Below, one piece after another: positions 1-11,729 of a stretch of DNA of 64,000 bases (its first letter is position 1; every line of letters starts with the position of its first letter). Location of the stretch: the NCBI RefSeq assembly GCF_001194135.2, contig NC_068982.1, forward strand, positions 180,697,940-180,761,939, in the 5' to 3' direction. The stretch is from Octopus bimaculoides. Lineage: Eukaryota. Both the position numbers and the translations under genes were made by a program. The notes beneath the pieces are model-generated. The model made no database searches. It saw only the letters and a program-made list of their open reading frames with translations, and had not been told where the DNA came from.

Positions 1-34
1 ATATATATATATATATATATACATATATATACAC

Positions 35-238
35 GCTGAAAAGTTCCTGGCTTTAAGGGTATGCGAAAGGCCTGGTTGGAGTCCTAACTTTCTGAGTTCT
101 TTTACAGTGTTTAGAAAAATTGAAGGGTTCTTGCAATAAGTGTATGAATCCAAGAGGGGAATGATTTGAATAAAATCATAATTAAGCGATCCCTTCTGTA
201 TTTTCTTTCACTCCAAACCAGGAACATTTTAGAACCCC
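35..238 (+). mobile_element. Short mariner deletion derivative (MITE-like)
   Basis: Imperfect terminal inverted repeats: CTGAAAAGTTCCTGGCTTT (36-54) vs AAACCAGGAACATTTTAG (215-232). Positions 117-173 read KLKGSCNKCMNPRGE*FE*, resembling the mariner transposase C-terminus (..RWxKCIxxxGxYFE*). Confidence 0.7.
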
Positions 239-429
239 CACAGTGTATGTGCGTTTATGTGTGTATATGTTTGTCTGTGTGTATACATATTGTTGTATGA
301 ATTAATTTGGCGGATGTATAACATACATAGGCGAGTTTATGTGCTTTATGTATTCCTGTGTAAGTGGGCTGTGTTAACTTAGAATGACATGTAGAGGATT
401 GCTAAGTGGTGTGGAAGGACACAGTTATG

Positions 430-1250
430 TGAATGTTACCTAGCTATTCGTACATAATTAGGTGAACCTGTAAGGGTGGAAGGTTAGACCGCTGTTCAAT
501 GTGATACAGAAAAGCATGAGAAGCGAGTGTTAATAATAGAGATTGAGTGCTTGGAAATAGCCAGGTTGGAATAGTTAAAGATGCTATGGACAGAGAAAGT
601 GGGGATGTTTAACCAGTACTCGATGTACTCTGTTATTATCCGCTAACCTATAACCTGTTGTGTCCGAAATGTAAAGGAAAGTTATTTGATATATAAGACA
701 ACAATGATATTACTAGTGGTGACAATACTAGTTTGCAGGTAAAATGGTCTGTGGTGAGGAAATCATGCTGACTAGGTCTAAGGGAGTAGAATTGTTGTGG
801 ATGGTAGGGTATGCAGTAGACTGGGCATGGGAGCATGGCAATTATCCAGGTTAGTTGGTTGGTGGGGTTTCAAGTTCTATAGACTAAAATACTCCGGTAG
901 CTGAGAGCTGGATTGATGGAGGAAAGGGAACATTCTAGGAGATGGCATCTGGAGATGGTAGCGTATAAGCGACGGCGGAGGCAATGTACAATATTGGCTG
1001 TTGCATATATAAGGGAAGATAATGGCAAGTGATCGAGAAAAGCAAACAGATGAGGGCGCATGATGTTTAGTAGAGATGTAATAAAAGGTGAGGAAAGCGG
1101 GGGCCATTATTGACAATAATTCGAGGTTAACTACGGTAAACTGTGGAGGTCTGTCGTTACCATGATGTAAAGGTGGGGAAGATGGTAGAATTGAGAGTAG
1201 GGGTTGGTGTTGAAAGTAGTGAATTAAGGATGGGAGTTGGTCGTTTTATA
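430..1250 (-). mobile_element. Highly decayed Penelope-like element, GIY-YIG region
   Basis: Minus-strand frames give ..PTLNSTIFPT.., ..DHFTC..TTSNII.., ..LYISDTTGYRLADNNRVH.. and ..GLTFHPY... These are in the order expected for a PLE linker plus GIY-YIG domain (IFP..FTC.SSNVIY..LYIGETGRRLADRF.EH..LGTLHP). Many frameshifts. Confidence 0.45.
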
Positions 1251-1589
1251 GAGTTAGGGAAAGGGGTAGAGTGAGGCATGTGAGAAAGAAAGAGAAGAAA
1301 AAACAGGAGAGACAAAGAAGGACAGAGAGAGAGGTTTATAAAGTAAAAGCTGACAAATATCAACGAAACAGGCAGATTAAATGGGGAGGGTGAAAGGGAA
1401 CTCGAGTGTTGAAGGAATCCAGTTGAGTATCCCTGATAGAGATCACCGATAATATCTTCCATGTAGCTAACTTATACTACTATCTATCTATCTATCTATC
1501 TATCTCCGTGTGTGCATTTTTGTGTGCATGTGAGCACACTTATCTATGTGTGCACATAGATAGATAAACATACATACAGATCGCTAGCC

Positions 1590-1741
1590 ACTACTCATTC
1601 TTTTTTCTTCCTCTCCTTGTTTCTTTCTGTGTTCCTTTCTGTGGCAGAGCGTAGGCTCGAAACTTTAAAGACTTTTTCACTTCCCGTTTGTTGTTTATAC
1701 TACCTGCCTTCGTCTTTTGCTTTTTGCTTGTGAATTCTCCC
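1590..1741 (+). mobile_element. Short dispersed repeat, family 2, copy 1 (hammerhead-like motif)
   Basis: Aligns by eye with 62791-62951 (shared TGTGTTCCTTTCTGT..GAGCGTAGGCT.GAAAC..AAA.ACTTT.TCA..TTCCC..TGTTGTTTATAC..CGTCTTT). Both copies end in (TA)n. Confidence 0.75.
1635..1670 (+). ncRNA. Degenerate minimal hammerhead-like motif (family 2)
   Basis: CTTT (stem I) - CTGTGGC (core, vs CUGANGA) - A - GAGC/GTAG/GCTC (perfect stem II) - GAAA - CT - TT - AAAG (stem I partner). The core is mutated. Confidence 0.35.
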
Positions 1742-2288
1742 TATATATATATATATATATATATAGGCACGCACATGCACAAGCACTTAAAATCTATCCA
1801 TTTATCCTTCNNNNNNNNNNNNNNNNNNNNNNNNNNNNNNNNNNNNNNNNNNNNNNNNNNNNNNNNNNNNNNNNNNNNNNNNNNNNNNNNNNNNNNNNNN
1901 NNNNNNNNNNNNNNNNNNNNNNNNNNNNNNNNNNNNNNNNNNNNNNNNNNNNNNNNNNNNNNNNNNNNNNNNNNNNNNNNNNNNNNNNNNNNNNNNNNNN
2001 NNNNNNNNNNNNNNNNNNNNNNNNNNNNNNNNNNNNNNNNNNNNNNNNNNNNNNNNNNNNNNNNNNNNNNNNNNNNNNNNNNNNNNNNNNNNNNNNNNNN
2101 NNNNNNNNNNNNNNNNNNNNNNNNNNNNNNNNNNNNNNNNNNNNNNNNNNNNNNNNNNNNNNNNNNNNNNNNNNNNNNNNNNNNNNNNNNNNNNNNNNNN
2201 NNNNNNNNNNNNNNNNNNNNNNNNNNNNTTATCTATCTATCTATCTATCTTTCTATCAATCAGTCTATCTGCCTATATATATATATAT

Positions 2289-2331
<43 letters not shown>

Positions 2332-3259
2332 CACATACATGTATGTACATATATACGTGTGTGCATATATACTTATATATATCTATATACATATATTGTG
2401 AGCACTATATTTAGTTAATACACACACACGTATATATATATATAAACACAATTGTACATACATATATATATATATATTTTTCATACATATGTGTGTTTGC
2501 AAGTGCGCGTGCTCATGTACAGATCAATAGTGATAAATAGAAAGATGTACAAGTTTTGCCCACCAAAAAGCTTACATACTTAATAGTATATAAATACATG
2601 CAAACGTGTATATCTATATACACAGAAAAATACATACAAATGTCATTTTGTGTACTGGTATTTCTAAGGAGAGAAAGAAGAAAAAAGGAAAAACAAAAAA
2701 CAAAATTAGCCAGAATAGTTGATAAAGTTTATTTTCTTTGAGAAATGGAGAAAACGATGTCTTATTGGTCCGGTCTTGCTCTGAGAGTGAAAAAAATTAT
2801 GGCTAAAAACTAAAGCTGTCAGAAACAGTTACGTTGAATAAGGGATCACCGGGCATGGCTTGTTGTGTGAGAGGGTAAGACACTAAGGATGTGAGGTGAC
2901 GATGCTGAAGAGTGTAAATATTAGAGAGGGAAATGAATGGACGCATCTCTCATATCCACAGAAACAATACATTAAGTGGCCGACGTTAAAATACTGCAGG
3001 GAGCTTATGTAGGGTAGTAGATACGAATAAAGACATTTTAAACAACTAAAACAACATATACACAAATAAATATACACATATATGTTTGCTAGCTGTCGAC
3101 AATGAATTATTAAATAATCTCCCGCACTTAATAATTCTACTCAGAAAAATTAACTATGTAGTGTAGTACAAAGAATACCTTTCATTTCACGTTATCTAAG
3201 TCTATGCGTTAAGTAAGTCTTTAGCATCGCGGTTGGGTAGAACCATGACGTGAGTAACA

Positions 3260-3660
3260 TCTTTATCTTTCTTCAATCTCCTACTTGTTTCAATCATTAG
3301 ACTGCGGTCATGGTGAGGCACCGCATTTTAGAATTTGTAGTCAAATGAATCGACCCTAGGACTTGTTTTATTCGAAAGCTTAGTAATTACTCTATTTCTC
3401 ATTTGCCGAACCGCAGAACGTAAAAAAAAAACCCCCAACAAACACCGGTTTTCCAGCGGTGATGGGGGACAAACACAGACACAAAGACACTCACACGCAC
3501 ACACGCGCACACACATACAACTCCGCCTACACACACGCACAAACACATACACACGCACATATAAACATATATATATACACGGCGGGCTTTTGGTTCGTCA
3601 TCTACAAAATCCACCCACAGGCTATAGTAGAAGACACTTGTCCAACAGGCCACCGTACTG
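3260..3660 (-). mobile_element. tRNA-derived SINE with CORE-like segment and internal (TG)n (family S2), 5' truncated
   Basis: Reverse complement matches copies at 30146-30522 and 38245-38720 (GG.CAAGTGTCTTCTACTATAGC.., GTCCT.GGGTCGATT.., GCAGTC.AATGA.TGAAACAAG). Confidence 0.75.
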
Positions 3661-3792
3661 CGTCCACTAGTCAGTAAATTTTTCGTATCTTTAAAATAAC
3701 CTTAATTTAAAATAGACACAACACACACATGCACATTTATATGTATATACACACATACACACACATGTGTGTGTGCGCGCGCTTGTGTATAT

Positions 3793-4018
3793 GGAGGTGT
3801 ATAGCCTAGAAGTGGTTATGGTGTTGCACTCATGATCGCAGATTGTGGTTTCGATACTTGGACCGGGCAATGCATTCTGTTCTTTAGTAAAACACTTGAT
3901 TTGACATTGTCCCAGCCAATCCAGGTGGCAAAAATGGGTAACTCTGCAACAGACCGGCATCTCGTCCTGGTGGAGAAAATATACGCTATAGAACCGGGGA
4001 AACCGGCCTTAAGTGCCC
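3793..4018 (+). mobile_element. tRNA-derived SINE (family S3)
   Basis: A-box-like TAGCCTAGAAGTGG and B-box-like GGTTTCGATACTT, followed by a CORE-like TTCTTTAGTAAAACACTT segment. Single copy in the window. Confidence 0.55.
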
Positions 4019-4072
4019 ATTTCTCAGGAAAAATCGTTCATTTTCTTTTTCATTGTATTTATGAATGAATAT

Positions 4073-4426
4073 GCAGTTCTATATTTAAGAGATGAGGAAT
4101 AATGTACATTATTTACATTATTTCCATTTGAAAGATATTTGTCCTCATCTTGTTTGTTGTTACCGCAACATTCGGCTGATATACCCTCCAGCCTTCATCA
4201 GGTGTCTTGGGAAAATTTCGAAACTGATTCTCATTCCTAATGTATTTTTCGATGTTGTTGTTACTATTATTATTATTATTATTATTATCATTATTATCAT
4301 TCATGTCACTACCTGGAATCGAACTCGGAGTTTTGGGTGTTAGTAACCTGCGCTCTTAACCACTACGCCATATTGCCATGGGCATATAGTAAATATCCTT
4401 CAGATGTAAATAATGTAAATAATGTA
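4073..4426 (-). mobile_element. Foldback non-autonomous element, family 1, copy A: tRNA-like head, (AAT)n and hammerhead motif
   Basis: 13-bp direct repeat TATGAATGAATAT at 4060-4072 and 4427-4439 (TSD). 36-bp inverted repeat 4105-4140 vs 4391-4426 with 3 mismatches. A-box TGGCGTAGTGG and B-box GTTCGATTCC on the minus strand (about 4310-4372). Homologous to 7820-8030 and 11730-12010. Confidence 0.85.
4162..4206 (-). ncRNA. Minimal type I hammerhead motif (family 1, copy A, degenerate after GAA)
   Basis: Minus strand GACAC-CTGATGA-A-GGCTG[GAGGGTATAT]CAGCC-GAA-TGTT-GCGGT. Intact CUGAUGA and a perfect 5-bp stem II, but GAAACG is eroded to GAATG. Confidence 0.5.
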
Positions 4427-4883
4427 TATGAATGAATATATTTATTGCCTATTATCTGTGAGACGATATAAAGTTGTCAAATTCGCAGAGTTGCTATAGC
4501 GTCGGATGAAATAACTCAAAATATGTGGTCATATACTCTTTGTTTTTCATCATTTTTGATTAGATGGAATATGTATTAATCGAGGCTGAAGGATTGATAA
4601 AACTGTTGCTTTGTCAAGTAGGATGCATTCTGACATCCCTTCTAACGCTTTGCATTCAGTCGATACAAATCGTAAGAGACCTTGTATTTCCTTTGGACAA
4701 AGTCTATGGCATGGAGGAACAAAAGTTAAATAACTTAGCAACAAGTCGGTTCCACTAGCAAAACATCTTTTGTTTGCATGTGTATCATATAAATTGTGTT
4801 AACAGTCTTCTGTTTCATTCATGTAACGTGCTATTGTAAATATCTACTGATATATTAGTCAATAATTTGTGTTGGTCTAAGTC

Positions 4884-5098
4884 GGCGAGCTGGCAGTAGC
4901 GTTATCGAGACGTCCAAAATGCTTAACGGTATTTCGTTCGTGTGTATGTTCTGAGTTCAAATGCCACCGGTGTTGATATTGCTTTTCATCATTTGGAGGT
5001 CGATAAAATAAGCACAAGTTGCGTACTGGGGTCGATCTAATCGACTGGCTTCCTTACCAAATGTTTCGGCCTTGTACCTAGAGTAGAAAAGAATATTA
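4884..5098 (+). mobile_element. tRNA-derived SINE (family S1)
   Basis: GGCGAGCTGGCAG head, GTTCTGAGTTCAAAT B-box region and CCTAGAGTAGAAAAGAATATT tail. Matches 49841-50049 and the other S1 copies. Confidence 0.85.
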
Positions 5099-5745
5099 AT
5101 GGGTATATACGCAGAAGGTTTCTTGGCCTGTATGAGTGACACAAAGTTACTGACGACAATTCTAAAAAGAGGCGAAACGTATGTGTGTTCATTCATTCCC
5201 TATCGGCGGATATCTTGTACACATATTAGTTACAATCGTTATAACATAAAGTGGTGGCAGCTACATCTATAGATGCAATCTATAATACATTATATAAACA
5301 CGCACAGACACGTATATGTACATATTAAGTACAAATATACGGGTATATATATCTAAACTATAACATACACAATATATTTTAAGTAAATAGCTACGAATGC
5401 CAATGCTGACAGTTTGTGTATATTACTGTATTTTACTCTCTTTCGTATGATTCAGTAGAGAAAACAGATGATGGAAATAGTTATATCAAGCTTGCTCCCA
5501 ATAAATTTAATTGACAATATCTCTCCATCATTGATTTTGTTCTATCTAGAGACGTGCAGCAAAAGTTCCCAACCTCTCTGCTCTATGGAGTCCCTTTCAA
5601 TCGTAATGCAGCCAGAAATATGTTGCTAACGTATACTTACATGCATACATACATACGTACATGCATACACATACACATGTTTATATATATATAAACAGAC
5701 GTTTATATAATTATATGTATGTATGTATATATGAAAGTATGTATG

Positions 5746-5781
<36 letters not shown>

Positions 5782-6758
5782 TATGTGTGCATATACATAT
5801 ATATTTATGCTTATATATATACATATACATCTATCTATCTATGCATATATATAATATATATACATNNNNNNNNNNNNNNNNNNNNNNNNNNNNNNNNNNN
5901 NNNNNNNNNNNNNNNNNNNNNNNNNNNNNNNNNNNNNNNNNNNNNNNNNNNNNNNNNNNNNNNNNNNNNNNNNNNNNNNNNNNNNNNNNNNNNNNNNNNN
6001 NNNNNNNNNNNNNNNNNNNNNNNNNNNNNNNNNNNNNNNNNNNNNNNNNNNNNNNNNNNNNNNNNNNNNNNNNNNNNNNNNNNNNNNNNNNNNNNNNNNN
6101 NNNNNNNNNNNNNNNNNNNNNNNNNNNNNNNNNNNNNNNNNNNNNNNNNNNNNNNNNNNNNNNNNNNNNNNNNNNNNNNNNNNNNNNNNNNNNNNNNNTA
6201 TATACATACATATGGTATATTTATATACATCTCTGTCTGTGTATGTATTTGTGATTACAATTTGCGTATAAGCAACTTTCTTGTAGACATATAACAACAG
6301 GTAAGAAATACCATTGATAAATGTTAATGATAAAATTCTATTTTCAGCTAGGAAGACTAGTTGGATAAAAGGAATGTAGGGAGACACACCTCCTCTGTCT
6401 CTAATTATTTTCTTGAGTTTATTATTTCAAGGGAATGAAATTGAAAATAGATTATGTTTGCTACTACCAAATGAGAATTATCGTGAATACGCATTAAAAA
6501 TATATGTACATACAAAATCACAGGCATGTGTGTCCCTACATGTAGAGTGGTTGTCTGGAAGGATTGGCAGTCTATCGGCCAAATATGCGTGTATTCCAGC
6601 CGCTGTGTGTTGTATACAGAAATAAGCTACTGCGCAGTAACTAGGCATTGTATGTAGACGCTACGAGTTTAAGCAATAGAATTAATACGCAATAGGTGAT
6701 AATGAGATAAATATATGTGTAAGTGTGTGTACGTATGTGTACATACGTAAGTGTAACA

Positions 6759-6808
<50 letters not shown>

Positions 6809-7610
6809 ATATATATANNNNNNNNNNNNNNNNNNNNNNNNNNNNNNNNNNNNNNNNNNNNNNNNNNNNNNNNNNNNNNNNNNNNNNNNNNNNNNNNNNN
6901 NNNNNNNNNNNNNNNNNNNNNNNNNNNNNNNNNNNNNNNNNNNNNNNNNNNNNNNNNNNNNNNNNNNNNNNNNNNNNNNNNNNNNNNNNNNNNNNNNNNN
7001 NNNNNNNNNNNNNNNNNNNNNNNNNNNNNNNNNNNNNNNNNNNNNNNNNNNNNNNNNNNNNNNNNNNNNNNNNNNNNNNNNNNNNNNNNNNNNNNNNNNN
7101 NNNNNNNNNNNNNNNNNNNNNNNNNNNNNNNNNNNNNNNNNNNNNNNNNNNNNNNNNNNNNNNNNNNNNNNNNNNNNNNNNNNNNNNNNNNNNNNNNNNN
7201 NNNNNNNNNNNNNNNNNNNNNNNNNNNNNNNNNNNNNNNNNNNNNNNNNNNNNNNNNNNNNNNNNNNNNNNNNNNNNNNNNNNNNNNNNNNNNNNNNNNN
7301 NNNNNNNNNNNNNNNNNNNNNNNNNNNNNNNNNNNNNNNNNNNNNNNNNNNNNNNNNNNNNNNNNNNNNNNNNNNNNNNNNNNNNNNNNNNNNNNNNNNN
7401 NNNNNNNNNNNNNNNNNNNNNNNNNNNNNNNNNNNNNNNNNNNNNNNNNNNNNNNNNNNNNNNNNNNNNNNNNNNNNNNNNNNNNNNNNNNNNNNNNNNN
7501 NNNNNNNNNNNNNNNNNNNNNNNNNNNNNNNNNNNNNNNNNNNNNNNNNNNNNNNNNNNNNNNNNNNNNNNNNNNNNNNNNNNNNNNNNNNNNNNNNNNN
7601 NNNNNNNNNN

Positions 7611-7819
7611 GACAAATACATAACAAAAACGCCCAGGACTTACAAATATATATAACATACAAAAAATTGCACTACTGGGCACTGCACACATCCTACGCAA
7701 AACACTTTCAATACAGTAACCATAAGAGCATCACAGCAAACCACAGCACATACCCAAGGCACACAGAGCTGCGCTCGGTAGTGAAGTGAAAGCACGTTAT
7801 AAAAATAAAACTACTGAAC
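7611..7819 (+). mobile_element. 3' end of an R4/Dong-like RLE non-LTR retrotransposon
   Basis: 7657-7719 translates IQKIALLGTAHILRKTLSIQ*, the typical C-terminus after the RLE domain. A 3' UTR follows and ends directly in (AAT)n. The 5' part is lost in the N-gap 6818-7610. Confidence 0.8.
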
Positions 7820-7860
<41 letters not shown>

Positions 7861-8030
7861 TAATAATAAGAATAAGAATAACATCGAAAATTACCTTAAG
7901 AATGAGAACCCAGGTTCGAAATTTTCCCAAGACACCTGATGACGGCTGGAGGGTATATCAGACGAAACGTTGCGTTAACTACAATCAAGATGAGGACACA
8001 TATTCATCAAATGTAAATAATGTACATTAT
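7820..8030 (+). mobile_element. Family 1 element, copy B (hammerhead-bearing arm)
   Basis: (AAT)n then ACATCGAAAA..AATGAGAA..TTCGAAATTTTCCCAAGACACCTGATGA..GATGAGGAC..ATGTAAATAATGTACATT. Homologous to the reverse complement of 4100-4290. Confidence 0.85.
7931..7976 (+). ncRNA. Minimal type I hammerhead motif (family 1, copy B)
   Basis: GACAC(7931-35)-CTGATGA(7936-42)-C-GGCTG[10 nt]CAGAC-GAAA(7964-67)-CG-TT-GCGTT. All core nucleotides are present. One mismatch in stem II and one in stem I. Palindromic AACGTT at stem III. Confidence 0.6.
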
Positions 8031-8411
8031 GTATCAAGAATACTAACTACTTCAAATTTGCTCAGACATTGCACAATGTCATACTTAATAAGGTGGTATT
8101 ATATAAAATCTCGTAGTAAGAATGTGAACAAATTCTGAAATAATAGCCAAGATTATGAAATGTACGATATGAGGTACTTGAATAGAAGTAGCATTTCTGA
8201 GTTACACCACCGCAAGGTAGAGAAACCCAGTAATCAGATAAGCAAAATTCTCGTTGTTTAAGACCTCTCAAATCATTCATAATGCTTTCCGTCTTGATAT
8301 ATTTGCATTTATGAGTTTATAGAATTTAATATCGCTTAAAGGGAATATGTCAGGTGTTACATTAAAATTTGCAGGTGCATGTGTATGTATGTACATTTAA
8401 ATAACCATGTA

Positions 8412-8447
<36 letters not shown>

Positions 8448-8875
8448 NNNNNNNNNNNNNNNNNNNNNNNNNNNNNNNNNNNNNNNNNNNNNNNNNNNNN
8501 NNNNNNNNNNNNNNNNNNNNNNNNNNNNNNNNNNNNNNNNNNNNNNNNNNNNNNNNNNNNNNNNNNNNNNNNNNNNNNNNNNNNNNNNNNNNNNNNNNNN
8601 NNNNNNNNNNNNNNNNNNNNNNNNNNNNNNNNNNNNNNNNNNNNNNNNNNNNNNNNNNNNNNNNNNNNNNNNNNNNNNNNNNNNNNNNNNNNNNNNNNNN
8701 NNNNNNNNNNNNNNNNNNNNNNNNNNNNNNNNNNNNNNNNNNNNNNNNNNNNNNNNNNNNNNNNNNNNNNNNNNNNNNNNNNNNNNNNNNNNNNNNNNNN
8801 NNNNNNNNNNNNNNNNNNNNNNNNNNNNNNNNNNNNNNNNNNNNNNNNNNNNNNNNNNNNNNNNNNNNNNNNNNN

Positions 8876-8923
<48 letters not shown>

Positions 8924-9422
8924 ATATGCACACAATGCGCGCACATACGCGCGAATATATATTTTATGCTATAGCTAACATATAAACATACAACTAGTTT
9001 ATGTGTAAAATTTGTTATTTCTCAACAAAAGTCAAATTCATTAGACATTGTCATCAGAGAAAAAGAAGAGAATCAGTACATTTGAATCTATTTGAATATT
9101 GTCATTATTGAAATGAAGAATATTATAATACTTACTGCATGTCTCTTGATAATTTCCTGAAAGTTATTTTGCATTCCTTTACTTATAGAAATTCGCAGTA
9201 ATGTAATATAAATATATAAAGTGGAATGGAAGTGACTATTAACAGAATTTAATAAAGCATCTCATCTATGATTACTTCACAGGTTTTCTATATAAATCAC
9301 TGTAATGTCTATCATCTAATCAGGTGTTTTATCTATATAAGCAACACAGAAACTATAAATCTAACAAATTAATAAGAGCACATTATCGGGAATACATACA
9401 TATATTCATACATATATTTAAT

Positions 9423-9490
9423 CCTACCTACCTACCTACCTACCTACCTACCTACCTACCTACCTACCTACATACATACATACATACATA
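9423..9490. repeat. (CCTA)n(CATA)n compound microsatellite
   Basis: Direct inspection; abuts the 5' truncation point of the R4-like element. Confidence 0.95.
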
Positions 9491-11729
9491 CAATAACCGC
9501 AACCAGGCAGTAGTATACAGAGTAATGAGAGGAGGAGCAGTAAACATCATGGAAGCTCCCTCGCGAGAAGACATAGATTCCTTCTGGAGGAAAATCGGGA
9601 GTGAAGAGAAAGAATTTAGGCAAGATGCTCTGTGGCTGGAAGAAACCCGAAACAGTTATTGCTCTTTCGTTACTTCCAACGCATACACCATTGATGGCGA
9701 AATTCTCGCAACTGTGATCCAGAAACTCCAGGATGGAAAAGCACCTGGAAGAGATTTGATTGTTGGATATTGCTACAAGAAGCTAACATTGTACCGACCA
9801 TATCTTATCAATCTGTACCAGCAAGATTTCATTGGGAACAGTAGCATACCACACCGGTTAGCTCTGGCAGAGACGAAATCGATCCCCAGATGCAGAACCA
9901 CCCGTATGGCAAAACACTACAGACCAATTGCATGCCAAGGCTTAATACATAAGATATATACAGCATGTTTGAACCTCTTCCTACAGGACTATTGCGAAAC
10001 CAGTAATATCATCACAGCAGAACAAGCAGGTAGGAAGAAGGGAGTCTGGGAATGTGCTGAGCAATTGTTAATCAGCAAACTGTGATGTCAGAGGTGCGAG
10101 AGCATAGGAGGAGCCTAGTTTCAATGTGGCTGGACTACAAGAAATCCTTTGACTCTGTTCCCCACTCATGTATGTTATATGCTCTTCAACTTTCTAAAGT
10201 TCCAATGAGAATAGTCAAAGTCATAGCTGACCTGACCTTATCGTGGGTCACCATCTTGAAATTAAACACAAAGAGGGACTGTATTTTCACCAATAGAATA
10301 CAGTATCTGAAAGGCATATTTCGAGGAGACACCTTCTCTGTGATGTTGTTTATACTTTCTGTTAACGCCTTGTCATTCATGTTAACGACGTCTGAAAGAT
10401 ATCTCACAGGTTCACAGGGAAACAGAAATACCAAAATTACACGCCGAATAAAGACAATTTGGACCTCATAACTCTCTGCATTCAATAAAACAATGGCCCA
10501 CAATGTGTTTGCAGTACCAGTACTCATGCCATCATTTAGGCTGCTTGATCGGACGTTTGATGAAATCCGAGCCATTGATGTGAAAACCACCCGAAAAATA
10601 CTAACAAGCGCACATAATTTCCACATACATAGTGAAGTTGACCGCCTCTACATAAAACGAAAACAAGGCGGCAGAGGCTTAACATCAGTCCAAAATGCCT
10701 TTGAATGTTGCATCCTATCTCTTCGGTAACTTCTTCTAACCACCAAGTGTCGAAGTGCAGCCCTTGATCAAGTTTGCATACATGAGGTTGATAACCTTAT
10801 AAGACTTGGAAGGCAGCTCCTTGAGCAACACTCTTTGTTTGATAACCTAGAGTACATGCCCAAAGAAATCACACGACTCTACCGCAAGGTATTATCAGGT
10901 GAAAGGATGAGCCTATATGAGCAGAAGACTATGCATGGCTATATCAGTAGAAAGTTCCGTGATAATGGTAACATTGATCATTAAAGCAGTTTTTCATGGA
11001 CCAATAGCCAGATTACTACTTCCCACTTTGAAGGGTATGCGTTTGCAAACCAGATGCAAAAAATATTAAACCTTATGCACAAAAGGGATATAGATGCAGT
11101 AAAGCCGTAAAATGTGACAACCGATGCAGACTTTGTGGAGTTCACACTGAAGATATCACGCACATCATAAGAAGTTGTCCCAAAATGTCATCACGGTATT
11201 GTCTACCGATGAGACATGATGTAGCTAGAACATTTTGTAATGAAATCCGTCGAAAGGATAACCTCGAGTACAAAGAAATAAGAATCCACTATATGGTAGA
11301 AACAATAGCCCCTCATAACAAAAAGGAATACATGTGGAATGTACCAGTCAAGACTTCAATAACATTTAAGAACAACAGACCTGATATAATGATTTGGGAT
11401 AGAGAAGACAAACTGTGTAAAGTTGTGGAAATTAGCTGCCTTGCGGATGTTAACATAAAGCTGAAGATCAGTGAAAAATAGAACATCTATGCTGAAGTAT
11501 TGAGAAATCTGCAGTTATTCTATCCAGATAACAAGGTCATGTTTATGCATGTAATTATTGGGGCACTGAGATATATAACACACTGACTAAATACAAATCT
11601 TGATAATTTAGGCTTCTCAAAACCTGAAAAGAGAAAGCTAATTCGAAAACGACAGATCCAATCCACCACTGGAACTGCAAAAATCTGTAAAACGTACCAG
11701 ATGTTTACCATTTAAATATATATGAGCAT

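Noticed and set aside
4310-4372. Functional tRNA gene
   Set aside because: A- and B-boxes are present, but no convincing acceptor stem was seen and the sequence sits inside a TSD-flanked repeat, so it is treated as a SINE-like head.
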